Assembly: GCA_027036135.1 (NCBI GenBank)
Contig: JALVSY010000007.1
Location: 36,880-100,879 of the forward strand
Length of the DNA: 64,000 bases
From: Pyrodictiaceae archaeon
GTDB lineage: Archaea; Thermoproteota; Thermoprotei_A; Sulfolobales; Pyrodictiaceae
Reading direction: 5' to 3'
Below the pieces are notes generated by a model. It made no database searches, was not told the DNA's origin, and saw only the letters and a list, made by a program, of their open reading frames with translations. The position numbers and the translations under genes are program-made. This document shows positions 28,805 through 38,965 of this stretch, piece after piece (within the stretch, counting starts at the first letter, position 1; each line of letters begins with the position of its first letter).

Positions 28805-29521
28805 GTGCCTAGCAGACGGTTCGAGGAGGCACGCTTCGTGCTCGTGGTGGTGGAGGCTCTCCGCCTAGCTAAGCAGCGGTATAGTTACCGGGAGCTCTCG
28901 CTTGCCACGGGTGTTCCTGCGCCCCACTTGTCCCGCTACGTTACTGGCAGGGGGCTCCCATCGCCCGAGAAGGCCCGCGAGATACTCGAGGGTCTCTGGC
29001 GCCTAGCCAACCCGAGGAAGGCGTTGGCGGAGCGCCTTGCCGAGACCGGGGGCGTGCTCGACACCAGCATAGTGCTCACCGACCCGCTTCATCTCTTGCT
29101 CGCATCTCTCTACTTCATGGAGCGCATAGACTCCGGCAAGGTGACCCGTATACTCGTGCCAGAGGCCTCCGGGATACCCTTCGCCACTACGCTGAGTCTC
29201 TCCCTGGAGAAACCCTTCATCGTGGCCCGGAGGGGCCCAGTGCTAGGCGACGAGGTGTGCAGCGACACGGTTCCAAGCTTCTGCATACCTCGGGGCACAC
29301 TGACAAGGGCTGACACAGTCCTAATAGTGGATGACATAGTGGAGACGGGGAGAACGCTGCAAGCGATGAGGAACCTAGCAGAGAAAACAGGGGCCAAGAT
29401 ACACAGCGTGGCAGCACTAGTAGTCATCGGGGAGGAGTGGCGCGAGACAAGCGGCCTCCACGAAATAGAGGCGCTTGTGGCGCTAACCAAGCCAGGGACA
29501 AAGAGAATACCAAGCCTATGA
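28805..29521 (+). CDS. HTH plus phosphoribosyltransferase-domain regulator (archaeal PurR-like)
   Basis: YRELSLATG...LSRYVTGRGLPS HTH; VLIVDDIVETGRT PRPP motif. Confidence 0.82.
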   Translation: MPSRRFEEARFVLVVVEALRLAKQRYSYRELSLATGVPAPHLSRYVTGRGLPSPEKAREILEGLWRLANPRKALAERLAETGGVLDTSIVLTDPLHLLLASLYFMERIDSGKVTRILVPEASGIPFATTLSLSLEKPFIVARRGPVLGDEVCSDTVPSFCIPRGTLTRADTVLIVDDIVETGRTLQAMRNLAEKTGAKIHSVAALVVIGEEWRETSGLHEIEALVALTKPGTKRIPSL

Positions 29522-29545
29522 CTCTAGGGCCTCACTGCCTAATGG

Positions 29546-29923
29546 CTACTCCTCTTGCTCCCCGCGCGGCGACTCTTTACCCTTGCCTCTCTCCCTTCCC
29601 TTTCTCCCCTCCTTGCCTCCCTCCTGCTCGCAGCCCTCCTCTTCTTCCTCCTCTTCCCTCTCCCCGCTTATCTCCTCGAGCCTCTTATCAATACTCTTAA
29701 TGTACTCGTCTATGAGCTTCTTCATTGCCTCGAGCCACTTTTTCTGAGCCTCTAGTATCTCCTGCTCAACCTCAGGCGGTATCTCTGCCAGGTAGCCCGG
29801 ATAGGGGAGACTCGCCGGGGCTAGAGGTGTAACGGGGAAGAGTTGTTGGAGGTTATATGGGTATTGGTAGGAGGCTTGCCCTCTCATGGATCTATGGTGC
29901 TTGTGGCTTGGTTTGCAGGGCAT
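29546..29923 (-). CDS. DUF5320-like Pro/Tyr-rich coiled-coil protein
   Basis: EQEILEAQKKWLEAMKKLIDEYIKSIDKRLEEI; paralog of 31531-31869. Confidence 0.6.
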   Translation of the reverse strand: MPCKPSHKHHRSMRGQASYQYPYNLQQLFPVTPLAPASLPYPGYLAEIPPEVEQEILEAQKKWLEAMKKLIDEYIKSIDKRLEEISGEREEEEEEEGCEQEGGKEGRKGRERGKGKESPRGEQEE

Positions 29924-30152
29924 GTGTTCTACACCACGTATACTAGCTGACCGGACAGTTAATATCTTTTCCATAACTCCAGGGCGCCAGGCCCCATAAC
30001 CTAGTCAACAAAGAAGACCACTGAGCCGAGAACTCAACCATCCTTCCTCCCAAGCATCTATAGCGTATCAGTACTACTGAGCGACTCTGTGTTTATGGCA
30101 TAAACTTATAGCTAGGCGGGTTAGCCCCTACAGTACATGGAGGTAGCACTCC

Positions 30153-30374
30153 GTGGCACGCACCATAACGGTATCCGAGGAGGCATACGAGGCCTTGAAA
30201 CGCTACAAGAGGAGCGGGGAGAGTTTTTCTCAAGTAATACTCCGGCTTGTAGAGGAGGCTAGCAGAAAGGAGAGCCTACTAAGCCTGGCCGGGGCCTGGA
30301 GCGATATGAGTGACTCCGAGGAAGAGGAGCTAGTAAAGGAGATTCGCCGAGCGTGGCGCGAGTGGCGTGCATAG
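30153..30374 (+). CDS. vapB: VapB (DUF217-type) antitoxin
   Basis: TITVSEEAYEALKRYKRSGESFSQVILRL. Confidence 0.85.
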   Translation: MARTITVSEEAYEALKRYKRSGESFSQVILRLVEEASRKESLLSLAGAWSDMSDSEEEELVKEIRRAWREWRA

Positions 30375-30763
30375 TCCTCGATACTGATCTACTCATAGCC
30401 CTTCTCCGCGGCAAAGAGAGAGCAATGAAGTACATTGCTAGGCTGGAGCATGAGAACCAGGAGCTAGCCACAACAGCGATTAACCTTTTCGAGCTATACT
30501 ATGGAGCCTACAAGAGCGGTAGCACGAGGAGAATAGAGGCGGTACGCAGCCTCCAGAGAATGCTCCGCAGCATAGACATCGACGAGAAGATTGCCGAGGC
30601 AGCTGGGCGCGAAGCAGCCCGCCTGGCCTCAAGAGGCATGCCCCTAGACTTCCGCGACGTACTCATAGGCGTCACGGCGAGGGAGAAGGGCTGCAAACTA
30701 GCAACATGCAACGTGAGGCATCTAGGCAGGATAGAGGCACTGACTATAGAGAAATGGTGCTAA
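30362..30763 (+). CDS. vapC: VapC/PIN toxin
   Basis: VLDTDLLI, NLFELYYG, DFRDVLIG, LATCNVRH. Confidence 0.88.
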   Translation: MACIVLDTDLLIALLRGKERAMKYIARLEHENQELATTAINLFELYYGAYKSGSTRRIEAVRSLQRMLRSIDIDEKIAEAAGREAARLASRGMPLDFRDVLIGVTAREKGCKLATCNVRHLGRIEALTIEKWC

Positions 30764-30789
30764 CCAATACAGCATCAGTGAGGGGGCTC

Positions 30790-31195
30790 CTGATTAGTGA
30801 TCCTAGCTTCCTTTTCGGATCCTTTTCGGGACCTTTTCAACCACGGTGCACGTTCGAAGTCCTCATCAAGAGTAGCTATAGTGTCTACTCCATGCTCTTT
30901 ACAGGTTAGGGCTATTACTGCATCGTTTGAGGAGAGGTTATAGGCTTCCACGGTTTCTACAACTTTGGTTGCATAGGCTCTATCGGTAGAATAGTTATCT
31001 CTTCGAGAAAATCGAGTAAAGGCTGATAATTAGGTTTACGACGTAAACGGAGATGAACTCTTCTCACAACATGGAGCGCCTCTAGCACTACAATACTTGG
31101 AGCATAGAACTCCGGTGTAGAATCAATTATCTTAGCAACTACGCGGTCTCCTTGAAGATAGTAAATTATAGCGCTTATTCAATGCAGATACCCAC
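30790..31195 (-). pseudogene. VapC/PIN pseudogene
   Basis: Hand translation: SAIIYYL...IVVLEAL... frameshift ...YNLSSNDAVIALTCKEHGVDTIATLDEDFERAPWL. Confidence 0.7.
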
Positions 31196-31400
31196 CCTCT
31201 TTTACCTCCCGCAGAGCTTCCTCTAGGAGTTCTCTAGGCAGATAGGAGTAGCTCCCTGCCTTGCTCTTGGTAAGTATCACTGCTCCTTCTTTTATCCTCA
31301 CTACGAGTCTTTCGCCAGGTCTCAACCGTAGCTTCTCGGCTACCTCGTCACTAAATCCCGCAGTATTCTCATCAATAACGACCGCCACGCTGAATCCCAC
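31179..31400 (-). CDS. AbrB-type antitoxin (divergent)
   Basis: EVAEKLRLRPGERLVVRI; upstream of the PIN pseudogene. Confidence 0.6.
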   Translation of the reverse strand: MGFSVAVVIDENTAGFSDEVAEKLRLRPGERLVVRIKEGAVILTKSKAGSYSYLPRELLEEALREVKEGGYLH

Positions 31401-31530
31401 TAGCCTAATTAGGCTGTTGAGAGCATAATTATAGTGTTCTACCTCGTCCTCACCGTGCCAATGCCCTACCGGCTCCGAGGAGTTCTTGAAAAGAAGATAG
31501 AAGGCCCGGTGAGGAGGCCGGGGTGTGCGG

Positions 31531-31869
31531 CTACTTTTCTTCTAGCTCTTTTTCTAGCTCTTTGATTCTCTTCTCGATTGCCTTGATTTGCTCGTCTATC
31601 ATTTTCCGCATTGCTTCTAGCCATTGTTTCTGGGCCTTCAGCATCTCTAGCTCGACTTCGGAGCTCACGGGGCCCGGGAACACTGCCTGGGGTGGCGGGT
31701 AGCTCCACGCTGGCATGGGTGGAGGCGCGTACTCCGGGGTGGGCGGGGCCTGCTCAAACCCCGGGTACGGTGGCTGGTAGGGTGGCTGATCCTCTTCCTC
31801 CTCGCTCCACCTCCTTCCCCGGCGCTTGCGCCCGTAGCCGTATCCGTAGCCAGGAGACCACCAAGACAC
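31531..31869 (-). CDS. DUF5320-like Pro/Tyr-rich coiled-coil protein
   Basis: GYGYGYGRKRRGRRW, PPY repeats, ELEMLKAQKQWLEAM...IEKRIKELE. Confidence 0.7.
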   Translation of the reverse strand: MSWWSPGYGYGYGRKRRGRRWSEEEEDQPPYQPPYPGFEQAPPTPEYAPPPMPAWSYPPPQAVFPGPVSSEVELEMLKAQKQWLEAMRKMIDEQIKAIEKRIKELEKELEEK

Positions 31870-32228
31870 GGATACTCACCACTTGGCTAAGGGTTCTCCT
31901 CTTCGGCCCTAATACGTTCTCCCCAAGCCTAGGCCAACGCTGGGCAATAGTAGTGCTGTTTTTGCTGGGTTCGCCTATTGCCCGCTAAGTGCTTATATAT
32001 AGCCCGTACCCCTTATAGATAATAGGGGTCTCTGCCCAGCCCGATAAACAGTCATACATGTATCAACGATGGGGAAAAGGCGTTGCAGACAACGGCGCGC
32101 AGAAAGAGGCTAAGAGAGCTACTAGAGAGAGCCTTTGCCAACATGGATGTCTCCGAGGAGGAGTGGGTCAGGGCAGTGAGGAGACGCCCGACGAGAGATA
32201 ATGAGGCACATAGTTATCTCCCCAGAGG

Positions 32229-32543
32229 GTGAGGGCATTGCCACTGGTCCTTGATCTACTCGGACTCGTTGGCGGCATCGGGCTAGTAATTGCCGCGCTT
32301 GCAGAGATAGCTGGAGCGCTCCTTAGGGGTAGACCTACTAGCTTGCTAAAACCACTACTGTTGCTCGTCTTCGGGGTACTCATGGCTCTTGATTATGGCG
32401 TTAGGTTGTTCGGTGCCAGTGTACCCGGGGCTTTCCACGCGGTAATCGGTGTTGCGGTATTCATTGACTCCTTGGCGCTGATCGCGCTATACCTGGGGCG
32501 TGGGAGGATGCGTGCTAGGGAGGCTGTGGAGGCGGCTCGCTGA
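32229..32543 (+). CDS. small membrane protein
   Basis: 104 aa with three hydrophobic segments. Confidence 0.6.
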   Translation: MRALPLVLDLLGLVGGIGLVIAALAEIAGALLRGRPTSLLKPLLLLVFGVLMALDYGVRLFGASVPGAFHAVIGVAVFIDSLALIALYLGRGRMRAREAVEAAR

Positions 32544-32591
32544 GAAGGAGCACAAGTGCTCCTAAGGGGGGACGTGTTCTCTGTGGTCTCC

Positions 32592-33308
32592 TTAGTCTAG
32601 GTTTATTGTTATTGCTCCGGCGTAGCTTACCTTTATCTCGTCGCCGACTAGTATTGGGTTTACCTTGTAGGCGTATAGCTCTAGGCCCGCTTGGTGGCTT
32701 TTTAGTAGCTTTGCGAGCCCGGGGTCTATGGCGCGGTTTGGTCTCAGGGTGTGGGCGTCGCTTCGTAGCACGGTGAACACTATTGCTGCTCTCGCACCGC
32801 TACGCGTAGCAGCTATCAATGCCTCTACCTGTCGCCTAGCCCTCGTGCTGGGTGCGTCGGCGGGGAAGAGAGCTACCCCGTTCTCCACTAGGTTGGTCGA
32901 CTTGACCTCTATGAGCACTGGCCTGCCCTCCCTGTCAACCGAGACGAAGTCGACACGTGTACCATTGATCCATTTCTCCGCTGCAAGGTCCCCCGTGAGC
33001 CCGGGTACGAGGAGCGGGGCTACCATGGGGAACAACTTGTTACCGAGCCTCGTGTCCTCGAGCACGAGCACGCCGCCGGGGCTACGCACAGCCACAACGT
33101 CGCAACTGGTGCGGCGGCCAGGCCTCCAAGCCCACCGATAAAACACCTCGGCACCCGGTCTCAGCAGGTGCCGGAGCCTACCCGGGTCATGCAAGTGGCA
33201 AGCCTGGGTCCCCTCAGCGTCGCTGAGCAACACGGTGAACCTCGAGGGCCTAGAAAGGTACCTAGCCCTCCTCACACCTCGGATGACCAAGAGCTCCAAG
33301 AAGAGCAC
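32592..33308 (-). CDS. sfsA: SfsA-family nuclease
   Basis: RPSRF, HLHDPGRL, RVDF, IEVKSTNLV, ALFP.DAPSTR. Confidence 0.9.
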   Translation of the reverse strand: MLFLELLVIRGVRRARYLSRPSRFTVLLSDAEGTQACHLHDPGRLRHLLRPGAEVFYRWAWRPGRRTSCDVVAVRSPGGVLVLEDTRLGNKLFPMVAPLLVPGLTGDLAAEKWINGTRVDFVSVDREGRPVLIEVKSTNLVENGVALFPADAPSTRARRQVEALIAATRSGARAAIVFTVLRSDAHTLRPNRAIDPGLAKLLKSHQAGLELYAYKVNPILVGDEIKVSYAGAITINLD

Positions 33309-33401
33309 CCGGAGATATGGGACTTGTTGGCCTCATACAGGCTATACAAGCCTAGTAGTGACTAGTAGTGATTAATACGTCTCGGATATCTATTCCTGGG
33401 T

Positions 33402-33851
33402 TCATGGGAGAACCCTTAGCCATGGTATTCGTTTAAAGTCTTCGTCGAAGGTGAACATCGTGTCTATGCCGTAGTGGCGAGCCGTTATAGCTATCAATGC
33501 GTCTCCGGGGAGAAGATTGTACCTGGCCATAACTTCTAGGAGTTCTTTGAGACTACCCTTATCCTCTAGGACAAGTATCCCTAGCTCCTCTATTAGCTCC
33601 CTGACATCCCTTAGGGCGTCACTGAACTCGCCTATGCCGTGTCTCCTTATATAGCTACGTAGCTGGTCAAGCCTCCTAATACCATGTCTTCTCAGTGCCT
33701 CGAGCCTTATGAGGGTAAAGATTGTCTCGTCGATTATTCTGAGCGTTACTGCGAAATCCTCATGACTGATGAGTACTTGTTTCACCCTGGATGCGTAGGG
33801 CTCGACCCGGTGAAGATAGTAGACAATAGCATTTGTATCTAGGAGTATCAC
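33402..33851 (-). CDS. vapC: VapC/PIN toxin
   Basis: ILLDTNAIV, YNLLPGDALIA, TFDEDFKRIPWL. Confidence 0.9.
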   Translation of the reverse strand: MILLDTNAIVYYLHRVEPYASRVKQVLISHEDFAVTLRIIDETIFTLIRLEALRRHGIRRLDQLRSYIRRHGIGEFSDALRDVRELIEELGILVLEDKGSLKELLEVMARYNLLPGDALIAITARHYGIDTMFTFDEDFKRIPWLRVLP

Positions 33852-34054
33852 TGGGCCTCTGCCTCTAACATGAACTCGTCAAGAAGCTCCTTCGGCGCAG
33901 AGCCACGCTTCCCATAAAACTTCTCAACAATCCTCCTCCTGTCAGCTGGTCTCTCTATTCTAACCAATACCTCCTCTCCCTCTCGAAGCTCAAGAGGCTC
34001 CAGAGGCTTTAGTACGCCCTTTTCGTATCTAGCCCTAACGAGCCTAGGCAACAC
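33848..34054 (-). CDS. AF2212/DUF104-type antitoxin
   Basis: RARYEKGVLKPLEPLELREGEEV; overlaps PIN start. Confidence 0.85.
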   Translation of the reverse strand: MLPRLVRARYEKGVLKPLEPLELREGEEVLVRIERPADRRRIVEKFYGKRGSAPKELLDEFMLEAEAQ

Positions 34055-34165
34055 TAAGCATCCCAGACTACACAGTTAGCTCCTCAACCGATATACATTT
34101 GCACCAGGGCACATCGTCTCCCAGGGCTTGTGGCTCAAAGCCCTGGGAGAGAACAAGATAGGAGT

Positions 34166-34477
34166 CTATTGCTTCCTGCATAGCACCTTCCCCTCTCGGA
34201 GCATCTCCGCGAAGAGGGGGTCCCGTGTCTCGTCACTGTGTAGTACTATGAGGTCTAGGGGGAACGATCGCTTCCTCAGCTTCCTCAGCCTCTCAGAGGC
34301 CTCGAGCTTATCGATGCCCGGCGGCACCACGACCACTACGTCGTAGTCGCTGTAGGGCAGGTGATCCCCGCGCGCACGTGAGCCGACGAGATAGGCCTCT
34401 AGAACCATATCCTCCTGGCATAACCTCTCCACGTACTCCCTGAACGCCTCCTCCCACTCCGAGAGACGCCTAGCCAT
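34166..34477 (-). CDS. minimal nucleotidyltransferase (MNT)
   Basis: YLVGSRARGD...SDYDVVVV, LDLIV; start ATG 34477. Confidence 0.85.
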   Translation of the reverse strand: MARRLSEWEEAFREYVERLCQEDMVLEAYLVGSRARGDHLPYSDYDVVVVVPPGIDKLEASERLRKLRKRSFPLDLIVLHSDETRDPLFAEMLREGKVLCRKQ

Positions 34478-34490
34478 TACCCGGTACAGG

Positions 34491-34865
34491 CTAGGGGTCG
34501 ACAACCCTCTCAACCCACTCCACAATAGCCCTTGCCTGCCGAATACACCTCTCCGCCCTCTTATCGTTGTACGTGAGCGGCTTCCTCCCGGGATACCTCG
34601 CAAGAGTATAGTGGGGTGTCAACGCGTCCCCATATACTCTCAGCTCGTCTGGTACGCTTATCCCGAGAGACTCCAGTGCTTCCAGCAACTCTACGAGGTC
34701 ATGTGTATAGGGATGGGCACCACTAAGAGCAACTAGGAGAGCCTTGAGATATAGCTCAGCAGCCTGCTGTGCTTCAAAGCACACAAGCCAATAGTAGCCA
34801 AGGCCACGATGCCTCTCAGCCTCCTCTAGGAATACACGAGCCTTCTCCACCCACTCACTGGGCAA
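34491..34865 (-). CDS. HEPN-domain protein
   Basis: CFEAQQAAELYLKA, PYTHDLVEL, YTLARYP. Confidence 0.88.
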   Translation of the reverse strand: MPSEWVEKARVFLEEAERHRGLGYYWLVCFEAQQAAELYLKALLVALSGAHPYTHDLVELLEALESLGISVPDELRVYGDALTPHYTLARYPGRKPLTYNDKRAERCIRQARAIVEWVERVVDP

Positions 34866-35075
34866 GCGTTTACCCACTGGCCCTAAGCACCGAGTCATAG
34901 ACTAGATGATATTTGCCTCGTAAAAAACTGAGCCACTAGCCCTAGAAGAACCCTTAGCGAAATGACTTTGTAGAGCAACAAGAGGGCTTAGGAAGCCGAA
35001 ATTTAAAGAACGTATCTCTGCTAGCAGAGCTTAACGGGTCCGGATAAGCTCCCTATCTTAGAGAGGAAACCATCG

Positions 35076-35426
35076 ATGTCTAGCCGGGATCTCGAGGAGA
35101 GGTTGCTTAGTTATCTACGGGATCACCCGGGTAGTGGGCCCAGGGAGATTGCTGATGCTCTTGGTGAGCCCTTGCAGAGGATAAGGGTGGCCTTGGCCCG
35201 GTTGCGCGATAAGGGCCTCGTGGCCCGGGGCGAGGAGGGTAGGTACTACGCGGTGGCTCACCTCGTTAGGGGTGTTGGTAGGGGGGATGTCCGGAGGGAG
35301 CGGCCGAGGAGGCTGTCGCCGGATCTTGAGGCATTGTTTGTGGAGCTTGAGGAGCTACGGGCGAGGCTGCGGGAGCTAGAGGCTAGGGTTAGGAGGCTAG
35401 AGGAGCGCTGCGGCTCCGGGGAATAG
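35076..35426 (+). CDS. winged-helix transcriptional regulator with C-terminal coiled coil
   Basis: PREIADALG...LARLRDKGLV; LEELRARLRELEARVRRLEE. Confidence 0.75.
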   Translation: MSSRDLEERLLSYLRDHPGSGPREIADALGEPLQRIRVALARLRDKGLVARGEEGRYYAVAHLVRGVGRGDVRRERPRRLSPDLEALFVELEELRARLRELEARVRRLEERCGSGE

Positions 35427-35565
35427 GCTAGGACGGATCATGTTCCCTAGCTATGCGACTAGTAGCGTGTTCTTGGCTTCGGTAATAGATTTGACTACCT
35501 TATAGTGATCCTTAGCTATATCAGGAATAGAATAGAGGGCCAGGGAGCAAGAGAAGTGTAATTTT

Positions 35566-36036
35566 CTAGCTCCTGCCTTGTAGCACTGCTGCTACCCGCG
35601 GGGTTACTAGCTCTAGTAGTTCTCCTTGGCCCCTGGCTAGCTCTTCTGCCTCTACTAGGGCGTAGCCCCCAGCCTTGATCTTGATGGCTCCGCCTCCTAT
35701 TATGCAGGAGACTATTAGCTCTATGCTGGGGGCATGGCCTACGAACACTGTCTCTGGCTCGGGGCCTAGCTCTTCTAGGGCCTCGCAGCTAGCAATGCCG
35801 GGGCTTAGCTGCTCCACCACCCTTACCTCGCCGCCCCTTATCCTTGAGACTATCTCCGCTGTCTCCCTCGCGCGGCGTAGCGGGCTAGTATAGATGACCC
35901 TGGGCATGAAGGGTATCAGCTTAGCCATGGCGGCGACGTCGTTGCGCCCCTCCTCTGTGAGCCACCTGTCCTCGTCGCTACCAGCAACGCTAGCCGGGAC
36001 GGCCTTGCCATGCCTCATGAACACGTAGAGACCCAT
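35566..36036 (-). CDS. sixA: SixA-like phosphohistidine phosphatase
   Basis: MRHGKA, LTEEG, TSPLRRARETA, VGHAP. Confidence 0.85.
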   Translation of the reverse strand: MGLYVFMRHGKAVPASVAGSDEDRWLTEEGRNDVAAMAKLIPFMPRVIYTSPLRRARETAEIVSRIRGGEVRVVEQLSPGIASCEALEELGPEPETVFVGHAPSIELIVSCIIGGGAIKIKAGGYALVEAEELARGQGELLELVTPRVAAVLQGRS

Positions 36037-36169
36037 GCCGCTGGGCACCCCCAGGGAAGAAAACACCCAGGGGGGAGGAGAGATAACAGTAATGTCTGAG
36101 CATAGAGATGCATAGCGCTTTGCCTTATCCTTCCCGTGTCTTAGGAGATTGTTAGAATAGTGCTGCCCT

Positions 36170-36706
36170 CTATGCTCTCTTCTTGGGCGGTCTCGAGCCC
36201 AGCGCCTTGGCCAAGCAGCGGGGGCTCAGGTTAAAGGCTGGTACTTCTCTGCGATACCTCTCGTACTCCTCGCCGAATCTCGCGAGGCTCTCCTTCTCGT
36301 CGAGCACCACCGCTAGGACGAGCACAGCAATCATCTCGGCTAAGCCGAGCAATATGGAGCACCAAGTAGCAGCGAGGAGGCCAACGGATAGGGGGAAGAG
36401 GGAGAGGAAGAGGTGCATAGGATGCCTCATACACGAGTAAGGCCCCTCCCTAACAAGCCTAGTGGGCTCAGCGGGGCCCCTGCCCCGCTTAACGGGGTTA
36501 CCATAGACTGCTAGGTAGCGGCCAGTAACAGCAGCACCCCGGAGAGATAAGAGAAGCAACGCTACGCCAACTAGGCGCACTACCGGGCTATGCCCCGGGG
36601 AGGGCCCGAGGAACCCACAGGCAATGACCACGAGTATCATTAGGAGCCAGGCTAGGCCCCTCACCCGGTTACTAATCACCCTACCGCTCATGTTCCCTGG
36701 ACTCAA
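36170..36706 (-). CDS. isoprenylcysteine carboxyl methyltransferase/PEMT-family membrane protein
   Basis: LVREGPYSCMRHPMH, EKESLARFGEEYERYRREVP. Confidence 0.82.
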   Translation of the reverse strand: MSPGNMSGRVISNRVRGLAWLLMILVVIACGFLGPSPGHSPVVRLVGVALLLLSLRGAAVTGRYLAVYGNPVKRGRGPAEPTRLVREGPYSCMRHPMHLFLSLFPLSVGLLAATWCSILLGLAEMIAVLVLAVVLDEKESLARFGEEYERYRREVPAFNLSPRCLAKALGSRPPKKRA

Positions 36707-36808
36707 CGTTGAATACCCCTCCTAGGCGAATTATTTCTACAGCATTGCTGAAAACATCTACAATGTTATTGACCGACTACTCCAGTCCTAAAGACCATAT
36801 CTTACAAC

Positions 36809-37033
36809 CTAGTGAGTCTCCTTCTCTAATTTTCCTCCTTGGATTGTTTCGAGGTAGAGTTCTATGGCCTCCCTGATATTCTTCATTACCTCGTCTAGGC
36901 TGTCTCCCTGCGTATGGCATCCAGGAAGCTCCGGTACAATTGCTATATAGCCCCCGGTCTCGTCCTCCAGTACGACTACGCTGAACTCGTGTACCTTCCT
37001 CGTCACGAGTATAACACCCTTTTTGTCTAGCAC
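36809..37033 (-). CDS. hicB: HicB-family antitoxin (no hicA seen)
   Basis: GGYIAIVPELPGCHTQGDSLDEVMKNIREAIELYLE. Confidence 0.85.
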   Translation of the reverse strand: MLDKKGVILVTRKVHEFSVVVLEDETGGYIAIVPELPGCHTQGDSLDEVMKNIREAIELYLETIQGGKLEKETH

Positions 37034-37225
37034 TCCCTTGTTGTCTTATAATTGTTCACATGCTTCTTGCCTGACTATATACTATTTATCCCGGTTATTC
37101 AGGTTTGTAGCCTAGTTACATTGTTCCCGAGAGATAGCTCAGCTATATGCATGGTGTTGTTTAATGATGTGCTTAATAGGGGAGACATGTCCTCTTACTG
37201 GGTAGCCTAGAAGGTTTCCTAGTCA

Positions 37226-37802
37226 TTGGTGAGAGGAAGCCCCGTATCCTAATCCTTGGAGGCGATGCAGCAGAGGCTCTCGAGATACTCTACCTGTTTC
37301 TCGTTGCTCGAGGAGGACTGGGAGGTAGAGATAGCTGCCCCAAGCAAGGACGTGATAAAGACTGTTGTGCACGACTTCGAGCCCGGGTGGGCCACCTATA
37401 CCGAGAAGCTTAGTTATCGCTGGAAACCGGACAAGTCATTCAGAGAGGTCAACCCCGGGGAGTACGATGGCCTCGTCATACCTGGTGGGAGGCTCCCAGA
37501 ATACATTAGGCTAGACGAGGACATGAAGAGGATAGTCGGGCACTTCCTTGAAACCAGTAAACCAGTTGCCGCTATCTGTCATGCACCCCTAGTACTCGTA
37601 GCCGTCGCGCCCGAGAAGCTACGCGGACGCACAATGACCAGCTACATAACCGTCAAGCCAGAGGTTGAGAACGTTGGAGCAAAATGGGTGGACAAGGAGG
37701 TAGTTGTTGACGGGGAACCTTGTCACGAGCAGGGCTTGGCCAGACAACCCGGCCTGAATGAGAGAGTTCAAGAAACTAGTCAAGGAGAGACTAAGTTCCT
37801 AG
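37226..37802 (+). pseudogene. pfpI: PfpI/DJ-1-family pseudogene
   Basis: N-terminal RILILGGDAAEALE in another frame; core IPGGRLPEY, AICHAP; frameshift after VVVDG and a TGA in NLVTSRAWPDNPA*. Confidence 0.78.
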
Positions 37803-38175
37803 TCCACGATAAACCTCTTAGTAAAACCATATTTTCGCTTGGTCTTTTCCACGTCCCTCATGCTAGCCATGTTAATTAAGTCCACCAAAGTACAAGTACG
37901 TAGACTGTAAAATAAGTGAATAACACTAGCTTCTCCTCCGGGAGGCACCTTCACTATAGCTCTTAATCAAAAATTAATAGAATGGTAAGAGGAGAAATGA
38001 AACTTCCTCAGACCGTCTGATTTCCTGGATCGATCCATTTTATCGGATTACGGGAAACTATTAGGCAATATTATAAAAACTACATTACATCGGCACGCAT
38101 CGAGTAGCGGGTCCTCAAAGCACCCTATCACACTTTAGGACCAGATGGTGGAACTCGTATTAGGGTGATAACGTC

Positions 38176-38559
38176 GTGAGCTATGAGGAGGCCGAGGTTC
38201 TAAGGGAAAGAGCAGAAGCCTTCTTAGAGAATGCTAGGAGATTATTTAGAGAGGGTAAATACGACTTAGCTGCGTTTAGTATTGAGCAATATTGCCAACT
38301 GATTCTTAAATACAAACTATTAGTGAAAGTAGACACTTACCCGCGAACCAATTCTTTGACGAGGCTTATAAGAGAGCTTGCTAGGATTAGTAAGAACGTT
38401 GAAGAGCTACTTAGACCCGAGAATGTCCTCATGATCACGAGGATCGAGGATGCATACATAGGGGCTAGATACCTGCCTAGGAGGTATCTTAGAGAAGAGG
38501 TTGAAGCTATGCTTGAGTTCGTTGAAAGGGTGTTCAAAAATGTTATCGACAGAGCTTAG
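38176..38559 (+). CDS. HEPN-domain protein
   Basis: YDLAAFSIEQYCQLILKY, YPRTNSL, EDAYIGARY. Confidence 0.85.
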   Translation: MSYEEAEVLRERAEAFLENARRLFREGKYDLAAFSIEQYCQLILKYKLLVKVDTYPRTNSLTRLIRELARISKNVEELLRPENVLMITRIEDAYIGARYLPRRYLREEVEAMLEFVERVFKNVIDRA

Positions 38560-38893
38560 CATCTTTATAGAGGAAGCTATCAAGTATCGCAGGTACTTTG
38601 AGAACCCAGTTGAGCTAGGCAATAAAGTCAAAGAAATCATTTCGAAATATGTCAGAAATGTAGAGGTTTATGTCTTTGGATCCGTTGTCCGCGGCAGATA
38701 CACTGCCTCAAGCGACATAGATATCCTCGTTGTAACACCTATAAAGCTTAGTAAAGAGGACATATATAGATTAAAGACAGAGGTTATTACAAGCCTTGAT
38801 GCCCCATTAGAACTCCACATAGTGTCGCGAGACGAGTTTGAGAACTGGTACAAGAGATTCATAGGCAAAGATGAGTTAGTTAAGATACCCTAG
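38540..38893 (+). CDS. minimal nucleotidyltransferase (MNT)
   Basis: VYVFGSVVRG...SDIDILVV, LELHIV. Confidence 0.85.
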   Translation: MLSTELSIFIEEAIKYRRYFENPVELGNKVKEIISKYVRNVEVYVFGSVVRGRYTASSDIDILVVTPIKLSKEDIYRLKTEVITSLDAPLELHIVSRDEFENWYKRFIGKDELVKIP

Positions 38894-38965
38894 CTAGACA
38901 ACGATACATTAATGAGTAGAGAGCACTAAGGCGGCAGCCCCGTAATAAGGCTAGGTCTATGGAGT

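Noticed and set aside
32057-32200. Antitoxin-like remnant (RLRELLERAFANMDVSEEEWVRAVR)
   Set aside because: No clean start or partner; too degraded to annotate
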